From: Chloroflexota bacterium
GTDB lineage: Bacteria; Chloroflexota; Dehalococcoidia; Lucifugimonadales; UBA3495
NCBI GenBank assembly: GCA_009840165.1
Contig: VXOG01000028.1
Span: forward strand, 57,139-121,138
Length of the DNA: 64,000 bases
Direction: 5' to 3'
Shown piece after piece: positions 1 to 10,187 of the stretch (positions within the stretch are counted from its first letter, which is position 1; every line of letters begins with the position of its first letter). The notes under the pieces were generated by a model. That model did no database searches. It was given only the letters and a program-made list of their open reading frames with translations, and was not told the DNA's origin. The position numbers and the translations under genes were made by a program.

Positions 1-151
1 GAATATCATAGCCCGCACTGCAATTCAAAGCAAAATTTCGCCCGCGCAATCCGAAACCGTCGGTGTGGCAATCCGCTTCCCCGGCGGCAACGTATGTCAA
101 GCGTCGGCAGTGGCGACCTAACCCAAACGCAACCCATGACCGGAAATTCCC

Positions 152-1165
152 ATGAGCGCTGAATCCATCCCTGTCAACGGCTCCCCCGCTGGTGAAATCG
201 CCGCAGAGGACGCTATGATCGAAGTGCGGGATCTGACGCATTACTACGGCCCCATGCCCGCGGTGGAAAACGTGAACTTCACAGTGCGGCGGGGTGAGAT
301 TCTCGGTTTCCTGGGCCCCAACGGCGCCGGCAAGACTACCACCATGCGCATACTGACCGGGTTCATGCCGCCCACTCGCGGCTCGGTGACCCTGGACGGG
401 TTCGACGTGGTCGAAAAGTCTCTGGAAGTCCGCAAACGTGTGGGCTACCTGCCGGAATCGGTGCCGCTGCATACCGAGATGACCGTTACCAACTACCTGA
501 AATACATGGGCACCCTTCGCCGGATGAACGGGCGGCAGATTCGCCGGCGCACCGAAGACGTGATCGACGTTTGCCGGCTGGGCGATTACCGCAAAACGCT
601 TATCGGCAAGCTTTCCAAGGGTTTCCGGCAGCGGGTGGGCATCGCTCAAGCGATCCTCCACGAGCCGGAAGTGCTGGTCCTCGATGAGCCAACCATCGGC
701 ATTGACCCGATACAAGTGGTTGAGACTCGCGGCCTGATCCAGGAACTGGGCCGGGAGCAGACGGTGGTTCTGAGCAGCCACATATTGCCCGAGGTCAGCA
801 TGATCTGCGAAAGGGTGCTGATCATTCATGAAGGCCATATCGTGGCGGCTGACACGCCCAACAACCTGGCGCAACACCTGCGCGGCGTCGAGCAACTGGA
901 GGTTGAGATCGGCGGCCCGCCGGCTGAGGTATTGCCCGTATTGCGCGGTATCGAAGGCGCAACCGAGGTGAGTCATCATCCCCGACCCGGCGTCAACGCT
1001 TACCGGGTGCAATTCCTGGAAGGACTGGACCTGCGGGACGAAATTTCCCGCACGGTGATCAACCATGATTGGAGCCTGCTCAGCATGCAGGTCAACAGCA
1101 TGAGCCTTGAGGAGATATTCCTGAGGCTCACCACGTCTGAATCCGATGAAGAGGAACTGGTATAG
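152..1165 (+). CDS. ABC transporter ATP-binding protein (GldA-like/ABC-2 type)
   Basis: Walker A GPNGAGKTT, signature LSKGFRQR, Walker B LVLDEP, H-loop SSH; first gene of a 4-gene module. Confidence 0.93.
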   Translation: MSAESIPVNGSPAGEIAAEDAMIEVRDLTHYYGPMPAVENVNFTVRRGEILGFLGPNGAGKTTTMRILTGFMPPTRGSVTLDGFDVVEKSLEVRKRVGYLPESVPLHTEMTVTNYLKYMGTLRRMNGRQIRRRTEDVIDVCRLGDYRKTLIGKLSKGFRQRVGIAQAILHEPEVLVLDEPTIGIDPIQVVETRGLIQELGREQTVVLSSHILPEVSMICERVLIIHEGHIVAADTPNNLAQHLRGVEQLEVEIGGPPAEVLPVLRGIEGATEVSHHPRPGVNAYRVQFLEGLDLRDEISRTVINHDWSLLSMQVNSMSLEEIFLRLTTSESDEEELV

Positions 1166-1171
1166 CAGACG

Positions 1172-1888
1172 ATGCGAACGATCCGCGCGGTAGCTTTCAA
1201 AGAGATCCAGATCTATTTCAGCAGCCCGGTGGCCTACATCGTGGCGCTTATCTTTATGGTGGTAGGCGGGGCCTTCTTCGTAAGTGATCTGGGCAACCCC
1301 TTCCCCGAGGCCTCGCTGAGCAATTTCTTCCAGGGCGCCACACTGGTGATGATCCTGCTGGCGCCGGCTCTGACGATGCGCCTGCTGGCAGAGGAACAAA
1401 AGCTGGGTACTATCGAGCTTTTGCTCACTTCCCCGGTGCGCGACTGGGAGGTTATCCTCGGCAAGTACCTTGCCAGCGTGGTCTTCTTCCTCTTTCTGCT
1501 GGCGCTCACGTCGTATTACGTCGTACTGTTGGTGGTGTTCGCCAAGCCGGACCCGGGACCGATTTACTCGGGCTACCTGGGGTTGGTGCTGTACGGGATG
1601 GCTGCTCTCGCCGTTGGAATCCTCACGTCCACGTTGACCAGCAACCAGATCATCGCGGCGGTAGTGGGTTTCGGCATCCTCCTGGTTCTCTCCCTCGGTT
1701 CTTCCTTCATCAGTAGCGCATTGACGGGAACGTGGGCCAACTTCTTCGATCAACTCGGTTTTGGCGGCCATTTCAACGACTTCGACCTGGGCATCATCGA
1801 TTCGGCCAACATCGTTTATTTCGTCAGCGTAACCGCGCTGTTCTTGTTCCTCTCAATTCGCGCCCTGGAATCGCGTCGTTGGAGGTAG
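1172..1888 (+). CDS. ABC-2 permease (GldF-like)
   Basis: About 6 hydrophobic segments; motif LAEEQKLGTIELLLTSPV...GKY typical of GldF-type permeases. Confidence 0.88.
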   Translation: MRTIRAVAFKEIQIYFSSPVAYIVALIFMVVGGAFFVSDLGNPFPEASLSNFFQGATLVMILLAPALTMRLLAEEQKLGTIELLLTSPVRDWEVILGKYLASVVFFLFLLALTSYYVVLLVVFAKPDPGPIYSGYLGLVLYGMAALAVGILTSTLTSNQIIAAVVGFGILLVLSLGSSFISSALTGTWANFFDQLGFGGHFNDFDLGIIDSANIVYFVSVTALFLFLSIRALESRRWR

Positions 1889-1889
1889 C

Positions 1890-3683
1890 ATGAGCCAGCA
1901 GCCTATGGATGACAGGCCGAGAGACTGGCGCCGGCGCCGGGGCAGGGATCGCCAAGCCGCCGTAGGAAACGAGGCAAGCCTCGCCGCCGAAACGGATGCT
2001 CTGGAAGAACAGTCGCGGACGCTTTTCTCTTTCCTGGAGCCGGCGTTCGACTTTATCGGGATCTTCTACGTTCCCATCCTGATCGCGGGCGTGGTGGGCC
2101 TGATAGCAGGGGCGGCGCTATTAGCCTTCGTCGGTTCGCTGAAACTTTACGGCGGAATCGTGCTTGGCATCGGCGGCGTGCTGGTGCTGTTGGTGGCGCT
2201 TTCATACTTCAGCCAGGTAATCGCCGCTTTCTTCAGCCGCACTGGTCGGTACGGAGTCAACACAGTTGTGATGACGGCGGCTTTCATCGGTCTGGTAGTG
2301 CTGGCGAACTACGTCGCCTTCGAGAACCATTTCCGAGCCGACACCACCGCCACCAACCAGTTCTCGCTGGCCAACCGGACCAAAGACCTGCTGGACAACC
2401 TGGACCGGCCCATCAACGTCATCGCCTACTACCCCGATGAAATCCCCAATATCGATATGCTGACCCGGCGCGGCAAAGTGGACACCATGCTCAGCGAGTT
2501 CAGCAACCGTAGCGGTAATTTCTCCTACCAGTTCATCGACCCCCAAAAAGAGGCCGACCTGGCGCGCAGCCAGGGCATCACTTCATACGAGACTCTCTCG
2601 GTCTCCGCGGTGGGAACCGACATCATCGACCTGGTTCAGCCCACCGACGGGGCGTTCAGTCGCCTGGAACAAGACCTGTACACAGCGTTGCTGGTTGCCA
2701 CAGAAACGGAACAGAAGAAAGTATATTTCCTAGCCGGCCACGGAGAACGGGACATCAATCGTGCGGAAGACGACGGTTACCAACAGATCCGGGATGGCCT
2801 GGAAGTTGACAACTATGCGGTGAAAACGCTGCTTTGGTCCACGCAAGATGAGGACGTAAGAATTCCCGATGATGCTGCGTTGCTGGTAATAGCCGGACCC
2901 ACCGGCGAACTGCCTCCCGCTCACGCCGACGCGCTGAACTTCTACATGGCTGGCAAGCAACCGGATGGCACGCCACGTCGGGAAGGGGCGAGGTTGATCT
3001 TTTTGGCCGAACCGGATACGCACGACTCCTTCAGGGCATTTCTGGCGCTCTGGGGTGTGATAGTGACGGACAGCTACATCAGGGACCCTGAAGGCTCGCA
3101 GCCCAACGCTCCACGCACGTTGCGGGTTGGCATCTACAATCCGCAGGCGCCTCCCGAAATCGTGGCGCCGAGGGGTCAGCAATTGCAGGTGTCATTCATG
3201 CCGGGAGCGGCTGCTTTGGAACCGGTCATTGAGGAATCCGGCGCCCGCCTTCCCGTACCTATTGCTGCCACCACTTCGTCGGCTCGCCTGATTAGCGATA
3301 TTGAACGGACTGATCCCATCGACAGCGATCCGCTGGGAATCTACTTCCCCGCGCTGTACCTGGACATCGCTGGTCCCGTGGGAGCGGCAGCGCCCACCCA
3401 ACGGCCTCCGGACAACGAGATCGCAGAAATGGCGGTGTTCGGGGATTCCGATTTCATCACCAACCGCAATGTCCAGCGTGGCTCCAGCGCTGCCCTCTTC
3501 CTCAACTCCGCCAACTATCTGATGGGCGACTTTTCACTGGTGTCGATCCGCGACCGTGAGTTCGTGTACCGGGAATGGAACCTGGACGCCAACGAGTTCA
3601 ACTTCGTCCGGTTCTCCACCTGGCTGCTGTTGCCGGGTCTGATGGGCATAATGGCCGTGGTGGTCTGGTGGGTACGGCGTTAG
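1890..3683 (+). CDS. GldG-like ABC auxiliary (GIFT domain) membrane protein
   Basis: N-terminal TMs, DTTATNQFSLA, YFLAGHGE, LLVIAGP, VFGDSDF and a C-terminal TM ending WWVRR. Confidence 0.85.
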   Translation: MSQQPMDDRPRDWRRRRGRDRQAAVGNEASLAAETDALEEQSRTLFSFLEPAFDFIGIFYVPILIAGVVGLIAGAALLAFVGSLKLYGGIVLGIGGVLVLLVALSYFSQVIAAFFSRTGRYGVNTVVMTAAFIGLVVLANYVAFENHFRADTTATNQFSLANRTKDLLDNLDRPINVIAYYPDEIPNIDMLTRRGKVDTMLSEFSNRSGNFSYQFIDPQKEADLARSQGITSYETLSVSAVGTDIIDLVQPTDGAFSRLEQDLYTALLVATETEQKKVYFLAGHGERDINRAEDDGYQQIRDGLEVDNYAVKTLLWSTQDEDVRIPDDAALLVIAGPTGELPPAHADALNFYMAGKQPDGTPRREGARLIFLAEPDTHDSFRAFLALWGVIVTDSYIRDPEGSQPNAPRTLRVGIYNPQAPPEIVAPRGQQLQVSFMPGAAALEPVIEESGARLPVPIAATTSSARLISDIERTDPIDSDPLGIYFPALYLDIAGPVGAAAPTQRPPDNEIAEMAVFGDSDFITNRNVQRGSSAALFLNSANYLMGDFSLVSIRDREFVYREWNLDANEFNFVRFSTWLLLPGLMGIMAVVVWWVRR

Positions 3684-3702
3684 GCGGGGTTAACTCTCCC
3701 CT

Positions 3703-4839
3703 ATGAATATCCGACTTACCATTCTGCTGGTCTTCGTGCTGGTCATATTCGGCGCGTTGGCGCTGTACTTCAGGCCCTGGGATCAGCAAGATCCCAGGGA
3801 TGAACCGCCCTGGGCCTGGCGTATCGATGATGACGCCATAGTTCATATCGAGGTCACGCACCGAGGTCAGGCCGGCGATCTGATCGAATGCTCGGATGAC
3901 CCTCCCATCCAGGTAACGGGGGAGGAACGTTTCATCGCCTATGAAAAAGACCTCGGACGCGGGAAATGGTTTATCGAAGACGGCAACGAGCGGACAGAGG
4001 TCTATCAGAATAAATGGGCAGGAACTCCGTTGCTGCTGAGCGGGCCAAAGGTAAACCGCGTGCTTGGAGAGACCATTGAAAACCCTGCCCAATACGGTCT
4101 GGAACCGCCACAGAGCACCATCAAGATTACAGAAGAAACCGGATTGTCCTACGAGTTCTGGTTGGGGAACGGCACGCCGGACCGGGACGACGAAGGGAGA
4201 TCCAACTACAACTACATGCGCCTGGTCGGTGATTCGCAGCTGTTCACAGTCCCGGAGATTTGGGCAAGGGTGGTGAACTGCCTGGCAGTCAACCCCCCTT
4301 ACGTCCCGCCGCCCCTGGAACTGGGTTACTTCTACGACGTCGATTTCCGTGACATCCAGGAGCTGGAAGTTACCCACCAGGACACAACGGTAACCTACTC
4401 TCCCAACCCGCAGGAACGAACCTGGTACGCCACGGTTGACGGCGAATCGATGCCGGTGGTCCAGCCCGATTGGTGGCCCCTGCAACTCCAGTGGTATGCT
4501 CAACCGGGCAAACCCGGCGGACCGGATACCTTTGGCGGTTGGCACGTGGACGAAGATGGAGCGGATGATCCTGCTTATGGCCTGTCGCCGCCCGAAACCA
4601 CGGTTCGCGTCAAAACCGACGAAAAGAGCTTCGAGTTTTACATCGGCGGCGAGCACATCGAAGTCGATCGGGAGGGCAAGCCTATTCTCGATGACGCCGG
4701 CAACACGCAGGTATTGGTGCGCTACGCCGGCGTACCCGAGGATCCCATAGTTTATGTAATCAACGCCGTTCGCGCGGAGCGGACGATCTGCCTGGCGACT
4801 CAACCGCCCGTCAGCAAACCCTACGACTGCCCGCGATAG
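3703..4839 (+). CDS. DUF4340-like membrane-anchored protein
   Basis: N-terminal anchor; YGLxPP motif occurs twice (QYGLEPP, AYGLSPP); usual fourth gene of GldAFG-like modules. Confidence 0.7.
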   Translation: MNIRLTILLVFVLVIFGALALYFRPWDQQDPRDEPPWAWRIDDDAIVHIEVTHRGQAGDLIECSDDPPIQVTGEERFIAYEKDLGRGKWFIEDGNERTEVYQNKWAGTPLLLSGPKVNRVLGETIENPAQYGLEPPQSTIKITEETGLSYEFWLGNGTPDRDDEGRSNYNYMRLVGDSQLFTVPEIWARVVNCLAVNPPYVPPPLELGYFYDVDFRDIQELEVTHQDTTVTYSPNPQERTWYATVDGESMPVVQPDWWPLQLQWYAQPGKPGGPDTFGGWHVDEDGADDPAYGLSPPETTVRVKTDEKSFEFYIGGEHIEVDREGKPILDDAGNTQVLVRYAGVPEDPIVYVINAVRAERTICLATQPPVSKPYDCPR

Positions 4840-4850
4840 GGACAGTCTTA

Positions 4851-4885
4851 CCCTTACCCTAGCCCTCTCCCTTTATGGGAGAGGG
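4851..4885. repeat. Palindromic intergenic repeat family C (CCCTCTCCC-N-GGGAGAGGG)
   Basis: Hairpin; related copies at 34130-34164, 38553-38586 and 39797-39831. Confidence 0.8.
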
Positions 4886-4902
4886 AATTTTTGGAGGTTG
4901 TT

Positions 4903-6138
4903 GTGAACGCTGAAATCATCTCCATCGGGACCGAGTTGTTGATGGGCGAGCTTACTGACACCAACGCCAGTTGGATCGCCGGGCGTTTGCCCGCCCTGGG
5001 CATACGGCTTCAGCAGGTGAGCATCATTGACGACGACCTGCCCAAGCTCACCGAGGCGTTCCGCCGGGGCATGGAGCGTTCCGACATGATCTTCACCACC
5101 GGCGGCCTGGGCCCGACCCAGGACGACCTGACGCGCGAAGCCGTGGCTGCCGCCCTGGAGGAAACTCCGACAGTTCAGGAGGAGGAACTGGAGAACCTGC
5201 GACAGTGGTTCCGCAACCGTGGTCAGGATATGCCGGCCCACAATGTTAAGCAGGCGTATCTGATTCCGTCGGCCCAGTTCATAACCAACCGCAACGGAAC
5301 GGCGCCGGGCTGGTGGGCGGAAAAGGACGGCAAGCACATCATCATCATGCCGGGCCCGCCGGGCGAAAACCGGGCCATGTGGCAGGATGAAATCGACGCC
5401 AAGTTGAAAACGCTGATTGACACCGAGGTCACCATCACTCGGAACATCAAAACGTTGGGGTTGGGCGAGGCTTCAGTTGACGAGATAATCTCCGAGTATT
5501 TCGGCTTGGAAAACCCGTACCTGGGCATCTATTCCAAGGCCGACGGCATCCACCTCCGAATTATTGCCCGTGCCAATGATGAAAACTCCGCACGCCATAT
5601 GATCGCGCCGGTGGAAACCGCGATTCACGAACGCCTGGGACAGTACATCTGGGGTTACGACGACGAGACGCCGGAACTCTCGGTGGGCGCGGCCCTCACC
5701 GCCCGGGGGATGACGCTGGCCACCATGGAGTCGGTGAGTGGAGGATTCCTCGCCAACACCATCACTGAGGCCCCGGACAGCGACCGATGGTATCGCGGCG
5801 GCAATGTGGCTTATACGGCCGCCGCCATTATCGCGTCAGGCGTGCCTGCGGAGGTGCTGGACGGACACGGCGTCGTAAGCCAGCCGACGGCCAACGCGAT
5901 GGCGCTGGCGGCACAGCAGACCGCCGCGTCCGATTTTGGAATCGGCGTTACCGGCGTGCTGGGGCCGGAGGAGTTTGAGGGGCACCGGCCCGGCACCATT
6001 CACATCGCCATCTGTCACGGCGAAAACGTGCATGAGTTTCCCCTGCGCACGCCGCCGCGCCGGCTGGTGATCAAGCGCCGCTCCTGCAACACGGCGCTGA
6101 CCGAGCTGAGGAAGCTGATTACGGAGGTGGCGCCGTAG
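4903..6138 (+). CDS. cinA: CinA competence/damage-inducible protein (MoCF-like + PncC-like domains)
   Basis: AEIISIGTELLMG, TGGLGPTQDDLT, PGPP motifs; GTG start at 4903 after GGAGG. Confidence 0.9.
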   Translation: MNAEIISIGTELLMGELTDTNASWIAGRLPALGIRLQQVSIIDDDLPKLTEAFRRGMERSDMIFTTGGLGPTQDDLTREAVAAALEETPTVQEEELENLRQWFRNRGQDMPAHNVKQAYLIPSAQFITNRNGTAPGWWAEKDGKHIIIMPGPPGENRAMWQDEIDAKLKTLIDTEVTITRNIKTLGLGEASVDEIISEYFGLENPYLGIYSKADGIHLRIIARANDENSARHMIAPVETAIHERLGQYIWGYDDETPELSVGAALTARGMTLATMESVSGGFLANTITEAPDSDRWYRGGNVAYTAAAIIASGVPAEVLDGHGVVSQPTANAMALAAQQTAASDFGIGVTGVLGPEEFEGHRPGTIHIAICHGENVHEFPLRTPPRRLVIKRRSCNTALTELRKLITEVAP

Positions 6139-6164
6139 CCGTCACGCTCCTATGCCGGTGAAAC

Positions 6165-6191
6165 CTGGATTCCGGCTTTCGCCGGAATGAC
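6165..6191. repeat. Palindromic repeat family A (GTCATTCCCGCGAAAGCGGGAATCCAG-like)
   Basis: Copies at 6165-6191, 18662-18688, 23269-23295, 26981-27007, 39358-39384, 52961-52987 and 56285-56310; all intergenic. Confidence 0.9.
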
Positions 6192-6203
6192 AATGCAATA
6201 AAT

Positions 6204-6229
6204 GGGGCGGGTTTCAAACCCGCCCCTAC
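6204..6229. repeat. GTAG-type REP repeat family B
   Basis: GGGGCGGGTTTCAAACCCGCCCCTAC, same core at 40947-40975; variants at 36256-36283 and 40877-40904. Confidence 0.85.
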
Positions 6230-6252
6230 GACGTTGGACGTATCTACTTCTG

Positions 6253-9200
6253 CTACCGCACCATGGTGAGGGAGCGGTAGAGCATCGGCAATCGCTCCGG
6301 CAAGGCCCAGATGTCATCCAGCACCTCGTAGTTGAGGTCGCCGCACATGGTCTTGAGGTAGTCGTGTCCGGCTTTGTCAACGGTGAGGCAGAAGGGGGTG
6401 ATCTCCTTGCGCTTGGCTTCCACCAAGGCCTGGTGCGTGTCGTGAACGGCGTATTCCTTCTCCACGCCTTCGCGGCTGTAACCCCGGTCCTGCGGCCGGC
6501 CGTCACTGATCAGGAACATGATCTTGGTGGCCGCGTCCTGGTTTTCCAGCTTGGTGATGGCATGGCGAATCGCCGAACCCATGCGGGTGGCGTGCAGGGG
6601 CGTCACTTTGTCAATGCGACGCTTGATCTTGTCGTTGAACTGCTCCTCGATGTCCTTGATGACGTAGAACTCAACGTTCTCTCGCCCGTAGCCCGAGAAG
6701 CCGTAAATGCCGTAGGTATCCCCGATGGATTCCAGGGCGTTGATGAGCAGGGCGCAGCTCTCCCTTTCCAGGTCGATGATGCGCTTGTAGTGGCGGCGCA
6801 CCAGACCCTCCCGGCGCCGGCGCAGCCACACCATGTATTCCACCGGGTCGTCCGGCGCGTCCCGGTCATCCACCGAGTGGCGGCCTTCATCGATGGCTTC
6901 GGCTGTGGAGGCGGACATGTCCAGCAGGAACACCACGGCCACGTCGCGTTCCACGCGGTTGCGGCGCCAGTAGATCTTTTCGTCCGGCGGCACGTTCATG
7001 CGCAGGTCGGCCCACGCTTCCAAAGCGGAGTTCAGGTCGATGTCCTCACCGTCGATGAGGCGGTACGTTTTGCGCCACGTCTCGGGCATGATGAGTTCAA
7101 ACTGCCGCTTGATGTGCGCCAGCAGCGACGAGTAATTCCGCAACGAGTCGTTGTAGAAATTGACGTCGCCTTCGTCCAGGATTTTTTCCTTGACGATGCA
7201 CCAGCGCGGCTTGTAGTCGTTGGCGCGGAAGTCCCATTCGTCGTACACGTAGGTCTTGGGTTCCAGTGCCTCCAACTCGCCGCCGGCGTCGTCATCGTGC
7301 AGTATTGGGCCGTAACCCCGGCCGGGGTCGTTGGACGGTGGCGGAACGCCGGCCTCCTTCATTATGTTCTGCGCGAACATCGCCATGCTCTGGTCAACGT
7401 CGCCCTCCTGGGCATCCAGTTCCAGCTCGGCGCTGTCCTGTAGCAGTTGCTCCAACTCCTCCTGGGTCATGGGTTCAGCGTCGCCCATTTGGCTCTGGTC
7501 CATTTGCAGCTTGGTGAGCAACTGGACCATCTCGGGCTTGAAATCGCCGCGGTATTCAACCGGCTCTGGCGATTCATAGGGGTCACCCTCGCCCTGTTCG
7601 CCCTGTTGTTCGTCCATCTGCGCCTGGAGTTTATCAAGCAGCGCTTCGTACTCCTCTTCGGAGAACTCGCCCGGATCGTCCAGATCCTCGGGTTGGTACT
7701 CGTCCTCTGGCTGCTGCTGGTTTTGCAGGCGGGAGATGATCTCATACGCACGGAGGGACGCTTCGGCGGTGTCCTCGATGGAGGAGCGAATAGTGCGCAG
7801 CCGGTGCATGATGCGGGCCAGCATGTACGCTTCTTCGCGATATTCCTGGGGCACCAGCAAACCCTCGAACCGGTCGAGGCTCATGTGTACCAGGAGCTCA
7901 ATCAGCGCCTCTTGCAAAGGGAGTTCCTCAACCCTGGGCCTCTGTGCCAGCGCGTCCCGCTGCACGTCCAGCGCCGGCCTGCGAATGCCCGGGTAGTCGG
8001 TCTTGATGAGATAGTCCAGCCGGCAGTCTTCCAGCACGCTGAACAGGTCAAACGCCATGCGGCGGTCTTCAAACAGCGCCAGGAAACGGCCGATGTCGGT
8101 ATAAACGCGCATTGTCCCGCCCGGTCCTTCATTCATTTCCGGGGACGATACGACGCTGGCGTCCTGCAACTGGAAATGCTCGGCCGCGGCCGTTTGGATG
8201 GCTGCCATGCGCGCCTGCAGCGCCTCTTCCATCACGATCCGGCGGTCATCAAAGATATTGGCCGGCCGGTCGAAGGCAAACTCAAAGCTGCCGAATTCCA
8301 AGTGGGAAACCTGGTGGGTAGCCACCACTTTGAACCAGGCGAAGTTTTGCGACTTGTCGTTGTAATTGTCGATCATAGGCGGCAGGTACACCTTGGTGCC
8401 GTCAGTGGACGCGGTGTCCTGGTCCACCCAACCGATCTGGCGGCGCACCAGCTCCTCGGTGCTCATCACCTCGATGTTGGTGCCGGAGAGCGCGCGGGTG
8501 TAAAGCCGCATAATGCCCTTGACCCGCTCCAGGTCCAGGCTGGAGGACAGCGTTTCCAGCATGGCCTCCGAGGTGTTGGACTCGATCTTGAAGAACGCAA
8601 TCCCGCTTTCAGGATTTTCGTTGAGCAGCTCTACGCCCTGCTGGTACCACTGGTCCAGCTGAGGTAGGGTGATGCGGTTCAACACCGGGTCCAGACTCTT
8701 GAGGAACGGCGGCACTGCATCGGGAGTGGTGGCCAGCAGCCCCTCGCACAGGTCCAGTATGTGCCCCTGGGAACCGGCGGAAACGTGGGACAACGCCTGC
8801 GCTCCGTCGTACAGGAACCGCGAGGTGTCCCGAAGCCCCATTTTGGCCAGCCTTTCACCCAGCCGCAGGAAACGCCCGGTCTGCCCCTCCTCTACGTGTT
8901 GCAACGCCCGGGGCGCCATTTCCAGGCACGCCTTGACCTCGCGCCAACTGGAATCCGTGAGCGCCCGGGACATGGAGAGGAATGCCTCTCTTTCCCGTCC
9001 CATGCCCGGAAGCACGTCCCGGCCCAGCACCAGGCACTCCGCAGCCACGTCATACGATTTGTACGACAACGCTTCGATCAGCGACGCAAAGACCTCGACG
9101 TCCCAAAAGGGAAGGTTCCGCACCAGGTCGGGACTAACCTCAAAGAACCTGGCGGCCAGCGTGCTGGATTTCCACGTACCCTTGTACAAGGAGCGGCCCA

Positions 9201-9567
9201 GGCCGGCCCAGCGCGGGATGTACTGCGGTCGCAGGTTGGTTACGATGGTGGGACTGGCCTTGAAAAACGCGACGGCCAGCGTCGGGGAATCCTGGGACAG
9301 ATAGGTGCCGCAACGGGCCCACTGCATGAACGAAGCGAAAGCCAGCGAACGCGCCACCTCCGGACTAACCCGGTAATACTCTACCGCAGATTCCCAGGAC
9401 CGCACGGTTTGCGTCCCGATGGCAACCCCTTCCTTGGCCCACAGCGCCAATTCCTCTTCGCTGAAGGAGTCGCCCATTGCGTCGGCGACGGCTTCGTAAG
9501 CTTCCGTCACCGCCGGGGGTAGTTTGGACAGTTCGGCTAGAAGCTCGCCGGTTGCGGTATTAGTCAA
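6253..9567 (-). CDS. Large VWA-domain protein, CbbO/NorD family with N-terminal helical extension
   Basis: YDEWDFRANDY, DGEDIDL, MIDAS LLDMSAST, TRMG, ISDGRPQD, PFCLTVD; 1104 aa. Confidence 0.88.
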   Translation of the reverse strand: MTNTATGELLAELSKLPPAVTEAYEAVADAMGDSFSEEELALWAKEGVAIGTQTVRSWESAVEYYRVSPEVARSLAFASFMQWARCGTYLSQDSPTLAVAFFKASPTIVTNLRPQYIPRWAGLGRSLYKGTWKSSTLAARFFEVSPDLVRNLPFWDVEVFASLIEALSYKSYDVAAECLVLGRDVLPGMGREREAFLSMSRALTDSSWREVKACLEMAPRALQHVEEGQTGRFLRLGERLAKMGLRDTSRFLYDGAQALSHVSAGSQGHILDLCEGLLATTPDAVPPFLKSLDPVLNRITLPQLDQWYQQGVELLNENPESGIAFFKIESNTSEAMLETLSSSLDLERVKGIMRLYTRALSGTNIEVMSTEELVRRQIGWVDQDTASTDGTKVYLPPMIDNYNDKSQNFAWFKVVATHQVSHLEFGSFEFAFDRPANIFDDRRIVMEEALQARMAAIQTAAAEHFQLQDASVVSSPEMNEGPGGTMRVYTDIGRFLALFEDRRMAFDLFSVLEDCRLDYLIKTDYPGIRRPALDVQRDALAQRPRVEELPLQEALIELLVHMSLDRFEGLLVPQEYREEAYMLARIMHRLRTIRSSIEDTAEASLRAYEIISRLQNQQQPEDEYQPEDLDDPGEFSEEEYEALLDKLQAQMDEQQGEQGEGDPYESPEPVEYRGDFKPEMVQLLTKLQMDQSQMGDAEPMTQEELEQLLQDSAELELDAQEGDVDQSMAMFAQNIMKEAGVPPPSNDPGRGYGPILHDDDAGGELEALEPKTYVYDEWDFRANDYKPRWCIVKEKILDEGDVNFYNDSLRNYSSLLAHIKRQFELIMPETWRKTYRLIDGEDIDLNSALEAWADLRMNVPPDEKIYWRRNRVERDVAVVFLLDMSASTAEAIDEGRHSVDDRDAPDDPVEYMVWLRRRREGLVRRHYKRIIDLERESCALLINALESIGDTYGIYGFSGYGRENVEFYVIKDIEEQFNDKIKRRIDKVTPLHATRMGSAIRHAITKLENQDAATKIMFLISDGRPQDRGYSREGVEKEYAVHDTHQALVEAKRKEITPFCLTVDKAGHDYLKTMCGDLNYEVLDDIWALPERLPMLYRSLTMVR

Positions 9568-10156
9568 GGCTATTGGCCTCCTTTGTCAGCCCGTCCTCGA
9601 CGACCTCGAGGAACTGGTCAAGGATTTTTGCGGTCGCGCCGTACACCAGATGCTCCTGGTAGCCGTAAGATCGCACCGCGATACGTTCACCGTCTTCAAT
9701 GCGCGAGTCCCAACGCCAACTGGCGGGGTCTCGCAGAATGTCCAGCGGGATCTCCACCACCTCGGCGATCTCATGAGAGCTGGGTCGAAACTCGTAGGGA
9801 TACGGAATGGTTCCCACGAATACCTTCACGAGGAAATTCGACCGCGTCACATTGTCGTCCAGCCGTCCCAATATGGTTATGTCATCCCGCGCGATGCCCA
9901 TCTCCTCGTAGGTTTCCCGTCGGGCGGTATCCTCAAAGTCAGCGTCCTCGGGATCCCTGGCTCCACCGGGGAAGGACATTTCACCTTTGTGGTATTCCAC
10001 AGTCATGGACCGCTTGTTCAGCAGAACGCAGTAATCATCGCCCTTTCGATACAACAATAGCATTACTGCCGCCGGCATCAATCCCTCCGGAGCGGCAGTA
10101 ATCGCCTCGCGTCGCCTCAGTGCGTCGCGGATCAAGTCAAGGGTGTTTTCACCCAT
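9560..10156 (-). CDS. Nudix hydrolase, CoA pyrophosphatase (NudL/PCD1) type
   Basis: AAVMLLL, NKRSMTVEYHKGEMSFPGG, Nudix box ARRETYEEMGI, VYGATA. Confidence 0.88.
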   Translation of the reverse strand: MGENTLDLIRDALRRREAITAAPEGLMPAAVMLLLYRKGDDYCVLLNKRSMTVEYHKGEMSFPGGARDPEDADFEDTARRETYEEMGIARDDITILGRLDDNVTRSNFLVKVFVGTIPYPYEFRPSSHEIAEVVEIPLDILRDPASWRWDSRIEDGERIAVRSYGYQEHLVYGATAKILDQFLEVVEDGLTKEANSLD

Positions 10157-10187
10157 GCAGCCTCCACTGCTATTGGGAGCGCCGGGG

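Noticed and set aside
6202-9522. Long plus-strand ORFs (6202-7443, 7447-8667, 8761-9522) and similar antisense ORFs elsewhere, e.g. 12099-13829
   Set aside because: Antisense shadows of well-supported genes in high-GC DNA; no recognisable motifs
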